Shown one piece after another: positions 60,245 through 64,000 of a DNA stretch of 64,000 nt. The translations under genes were made by a program, and so were the position numbers. The notes beneath the pieces were generated by a model. The model was not told where the DNA came from and did not search any database. It was given only the letters and a program-made list of their open reading frames with translations. Origin of the DNA: Balanoglossus misakiensis (lineage: Eukaryota; Animalia; Hemichordata). The first letter of the stretch is position 1. The number at the start of each line of letters is the position of its first letter. The stretch is from assembly GCA_040954595.2 (NCBI GenBank), contig CM082592.2:2046001-2110000 (forward strand). Direction: 5' to 3'.

Positions 60245-60339
60245 TTGTAGACCCGTGTATGGTTCAAACACAGGGATGGTCGCGTTCAGGGATATGGTAT
60301 CGTTCAGTGTAACGGCCATCGCGTCGACGCACATATCAA

Positions 60340-63092
60340 ATATGGCATCCGAACGGATCAGAGATACAGTCAGCAATTTCTTATCAGTCCAGCGACGAGA
60401 ATCAGCTAAGTATTTGGTGTAGAAGATTTATCAGGCAGACTAGAATGAAAAAGGTTTCTACACGGGTAAAGAGCTTATTATCTTGGGCGATTTCAATATT
60501 GACTTGTTCGCTCCCGATGGTCTTAATCACTATATTTATCAATCCTTACGTGATATGAACTTAGATCAAATAATCTCTGAGACAACCAGGCCAGTTTCAA
60601 AAACTTGTATTGACCACATCTATGTCTCAAACAATGAAAATATTGCTAACGTTCAAATTCCTCAGATTGGTATGTCTGATCACTACCCTATTATATGCGT
60701 TCGCAAAAGGAATTCTAATGTTACACGTGTCTCATCTCATTTGTCTGTTAAATTTCGCACACTGACGCATTTTAAGCAAGACTCATTTATCTATGACCTT
60801 GCACATGCGCCATGGTCTCTTATTAATCTGACGAGTAATGTAAATGTTGCTACCAGATTTGCAATATACATGCTCCTTATATTGAAAAGCGTGTCAAACA
60901 AAGAAAACAGCCAGCATGGATGAATCAGCACATTTTGAATGCTATGCATGAGAGAGATTCTCTGTTAAAACAAGCCAAAGGGGACATTACTAAGCTGGGT
61001 CCTTATAGACTTGCAAGAAATAAAGTTGTCCATCTGATCGGCAAAGCTAAAAAGGACTACTTTATCAATGAGCTCAACAGTAATGGTTCAAATTGTAAGG
61101 CCGTCTGGAACATTTACAATAATCTCACGAAACCCAGAGATCAAAAACATACTCCGATGGAGGTGGATGACACTCTTATCACTGATTCTACTGTGCTTGC
61201 AAATGCTTTTAATAATTATTTCTGTAACATTCCTAAAAAACTCAACGTTTCTGTCGATAACAATCTCGACTTTTCTATTTTGACAGAGTATCTCAATGAG
61301 AAACTTGACGGATCCTCTTTCGTTATTCCTACTCTTTCTGTTGACTTTGTAAAGAAAGCTTTATCTGATTGTAAATCTACAGGCACCGATAATGTTAGCG
61401 CAAAACTGCTGCGCATAGGTGCTTCGGTAATTTCTGATTCTTTGACAAAGGTGTTGAATTTAAGTATTAACAGTGCCTGATATTATAAAATGCGCAAGAG
61501 TTATTCCTATTTACAAAGGATCGGGCTGCGTTACCGAAATGTCCAATTACAGACCGATTTCAATCTTACCTGCTGTTTCCAAAGTTATTGAAAGTCATGA
61601 ACATTGTAGTTTTTACGAGTTTTTGTCTAGAAAGGATTTGCTTCATAGAACTCAATCTGGTTTCAGAAGACACCACCCCTGTCAAACAGCATTAATAAGA
61701 ATGTGTGACGAATTATTAGAAAATGTTGACACTGGTCTAATCTCTGGTATTCTTTTTTTTGGATTTGTCAAAAGCTTTTGATCTAGTTGATCATCAAGTC
61801 CTTCTTAAAAAATTATCTTTATATGGTCTAGAAATTAATGGGTTAAACTGATTTCAATCGTTTTTATCAAATCGTTCTCAAGTAGTTACTTACATGGGTA
61901 AAATTTCGAATGTTCAAAAGGTGACTGTAGGTGTGCCTCAGGGATCTTTGTTGGGACCACTACTGTTTACTATTTTTATCAATGATTTACCATTTACTTA
62001 GTATAACTCGCAACTTGATATGTACGCTGACGATCAAACCCTTCTTACCTCAGGATTTTCTGTTTCGCATGTAAATGATTCCCTTCAAAATGATGTAATG
62101 TTGTCAAGTAACTGGATTCGAAGTAATGGAATGATCATAAATGAGGGCAAAACGAAAGCTATGTTAGTCGGATCTCGTCAAGAAATAAAAGACTCTGACA
62201 TTTCCGGTGAACAATTGGACATCTCCATAAATGACAAACGGATCTCATGTGTCACCTCTGAAAAGATACTGGGTTTAATCTTAGACAATTTTATTTCATG
62301 GGATAAACATATTGATAATTTGTGTCTTACTTTGAGTCGGAGAGTTGGACTACTTAGGCGCCTTTGTAAATTCATACCTTTACACCTCAGAAAAGTTTTA
62401 TATTACGGTTTGATTCAATCTGTCATTGACTACTGCACTATTGTGTGGGGAAATACGACTTCTAAAAATATAGATAAGGTTTATAAATTGCAGAAGCGTG
62501 CCTTAAGAGTAATACTTAATGCTGATTTTGATACCCCAACTGATGTACTTTTTGAAAGATTCGATGTGCTATCTGTTAGACAACGTATTTTTTACTTTAC
62601 TTGTATTATGGTGTACAAATGTTTCAACAACTCTGCTCCTAGCTATCTTATAGAACAAATTGTTACACTGAATGACGCCCATGGTTACCAGACACGAGGA
62701 GCCTCAACTCGCAAATTATGATTGCCTCGATTTCGAACTGAAACAGGTCAAAGAACGTTTGCTATGCGTGCTGCTACAGCTTGGAACTCTCTACCTGACA
62801 TTGTTAGATGCAGTACCAACATAAATAATTTCAAATCTCTGTTGAACTCTTACATCAGAACCACTTTAAGCAGATAGACGACCTCACAGTTTTAGAAACT
62901 TCTACTTGTAGTCACCACTTTTATAAGTTTTACTTTTACTATTTGTACTTTTCTGTTTTAAACTTTTCATTTTTATACTTTATAGCAGGACCCCATGGTA
63001 GATTACAACCTTATAGGGGTCTCTACCCCTGTTTAAGTATTGTAAATGGGAAATCCTTTAATGTGTAAATAAAATATTAAATAAATAAATAA
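60340..63092 (+). mobile_element. 5'-truncated CR1/L2-group (Crack/Daphne-like) LINE, frameshifted
   Basis: Endonuclease motifs ILGDFNID, CIDHIY and SDHYPI; RT motifs NYRPISILP, KAFDLVDH, GVPQGSLLGPLLF and YADD; (AAAT)n tail. Confidence 0.88.
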
Positions 63093-64000
63093 CCTCTCCA
63101 AAGCGAACATGCAGTCTTTACGGCCGGCTTGTCTCTCTCAAAGATCCAACAGTGAAGAATAAAATAAAATTCACGGAAAGACGTCCACGTGTACTTTTTT
63201 TTCCAGTTTCAAAGCGTTGCTAATGGTTACCGTGATGACGACCACGCGCTCGGGAAGAAGTCAGACCGGTGAAGAAATCGGAGACAAGTAGAAATCCGTC
63301 GTTTGTGATGATAAGTATTTGTCGTTACTCATTTTTTATGAAGAATGATTATCAAGGGAAAACACATCCCATTTGTGCATGCAACGAGTTCTTAGGCCAA
63401 TATTTACATCGATCACTGAAATCACATGTAATATATGTACAATCTCAGGAGGCGAACAGAGTAATAAAATATGGCAATCTTCGCGTATTCGATAAAAGTT
63501 GGGCACCGACGAGTTTACTTCCACGTATACAGGCCGTTCGTGGTCTGCCCGATGAGTGTGCACACGAACCGGGAACGTTTGTCGATGCCCGCCCAGAAAC
63601 AACACATAATTCAAAATCTTCCCTTCAAACGTGTTTGTTTTCGACGGCTAACACGAACGTATCGTCACACATCCTTGTCATGGATGGTCTTATATGTCAT
63701 GCTCGACTATTGCCTCGGCAACGCAGTGAAAAATTTTCTACCGGCTTTGGGATACAGTCTCTTTCTGTCTGTGTGTCTGAAAGCATGTCTGTGTCTCTCT
63801 GTTGTGTCGTTTATCACTCTGTCTACTCTGTCTTTCCGCACCCATCGTGAATCTCATTTTCTCACTCAATGAATACCAATCGTTTCAGATAGGGGTATAC
63901 CCCCGTGTCAATCAAATCCAAACAAGAAAATGTTAAAATAAACGTTGTCCCATATAAATCTCAACATTCCACAATGTTGGTGTTGCTGCTTAGAAACCTG

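Larger units (their letters stand above)
58039..60319 (-). pseudogene. Intronless class A GPCR, GPR161/GPR101-like, disabled
   Basis: MAVTLNDTISLNAT...LLTVSNRFVPNL...WHFGEFWC...ISVDRY...LPLLGW...KAAKT...FCWTAY...SPYLY. Interrupted by two MITEs, plus a stop or frameshift at ~59037 and a frameshift at ~58350. Confidence 0.88.

Noticed and set aside
63269-63872. 193-aa and 133-aa ORFs at the window end
   Set aside because: No motifs, overlapping in several frames, and no clear exon structure.

Overview
Eukaryotic, AT-rich, repeat-dense DNA from a marine-invertebrate-type genome (spliceosomal introns, LINEs, MITEs; the taxon is my inference only). 1-13.5 kb is a minus-strand 5S rDNA array fused to a Tx1/L1-clade LINE, forming a 1914-bp tandem unit. 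The longest LINE copy hosts nested insertions: a 4.3-kb TAG..CTA foldback element, and a small TIR element that itself holds a second Tx1/L1 LINE with a 3' transduction. Further along are an RTEX-like LINE with a solo LTR, a multi-exon VWA7-like pseudogene plus an orphan second exon 1, and a BEL/Pao-like LTR element. That element's intact 314-aa ORF fuses a Gag-like N-terminus to a degenerate Mox/Meox-type homeobox, which is the most striking signal in the window. The rest holds DIRS/Ngaro fragments, the last two exons of a PCSK9-C-terminal-like gene, scrambled exons of an FN3-repeat gene, a GPR161-like GPCR pseudogene cut by two MITEs, and a CR1/L2-group LINE. All family assignments come from motif recognition by eye; no database search was run.
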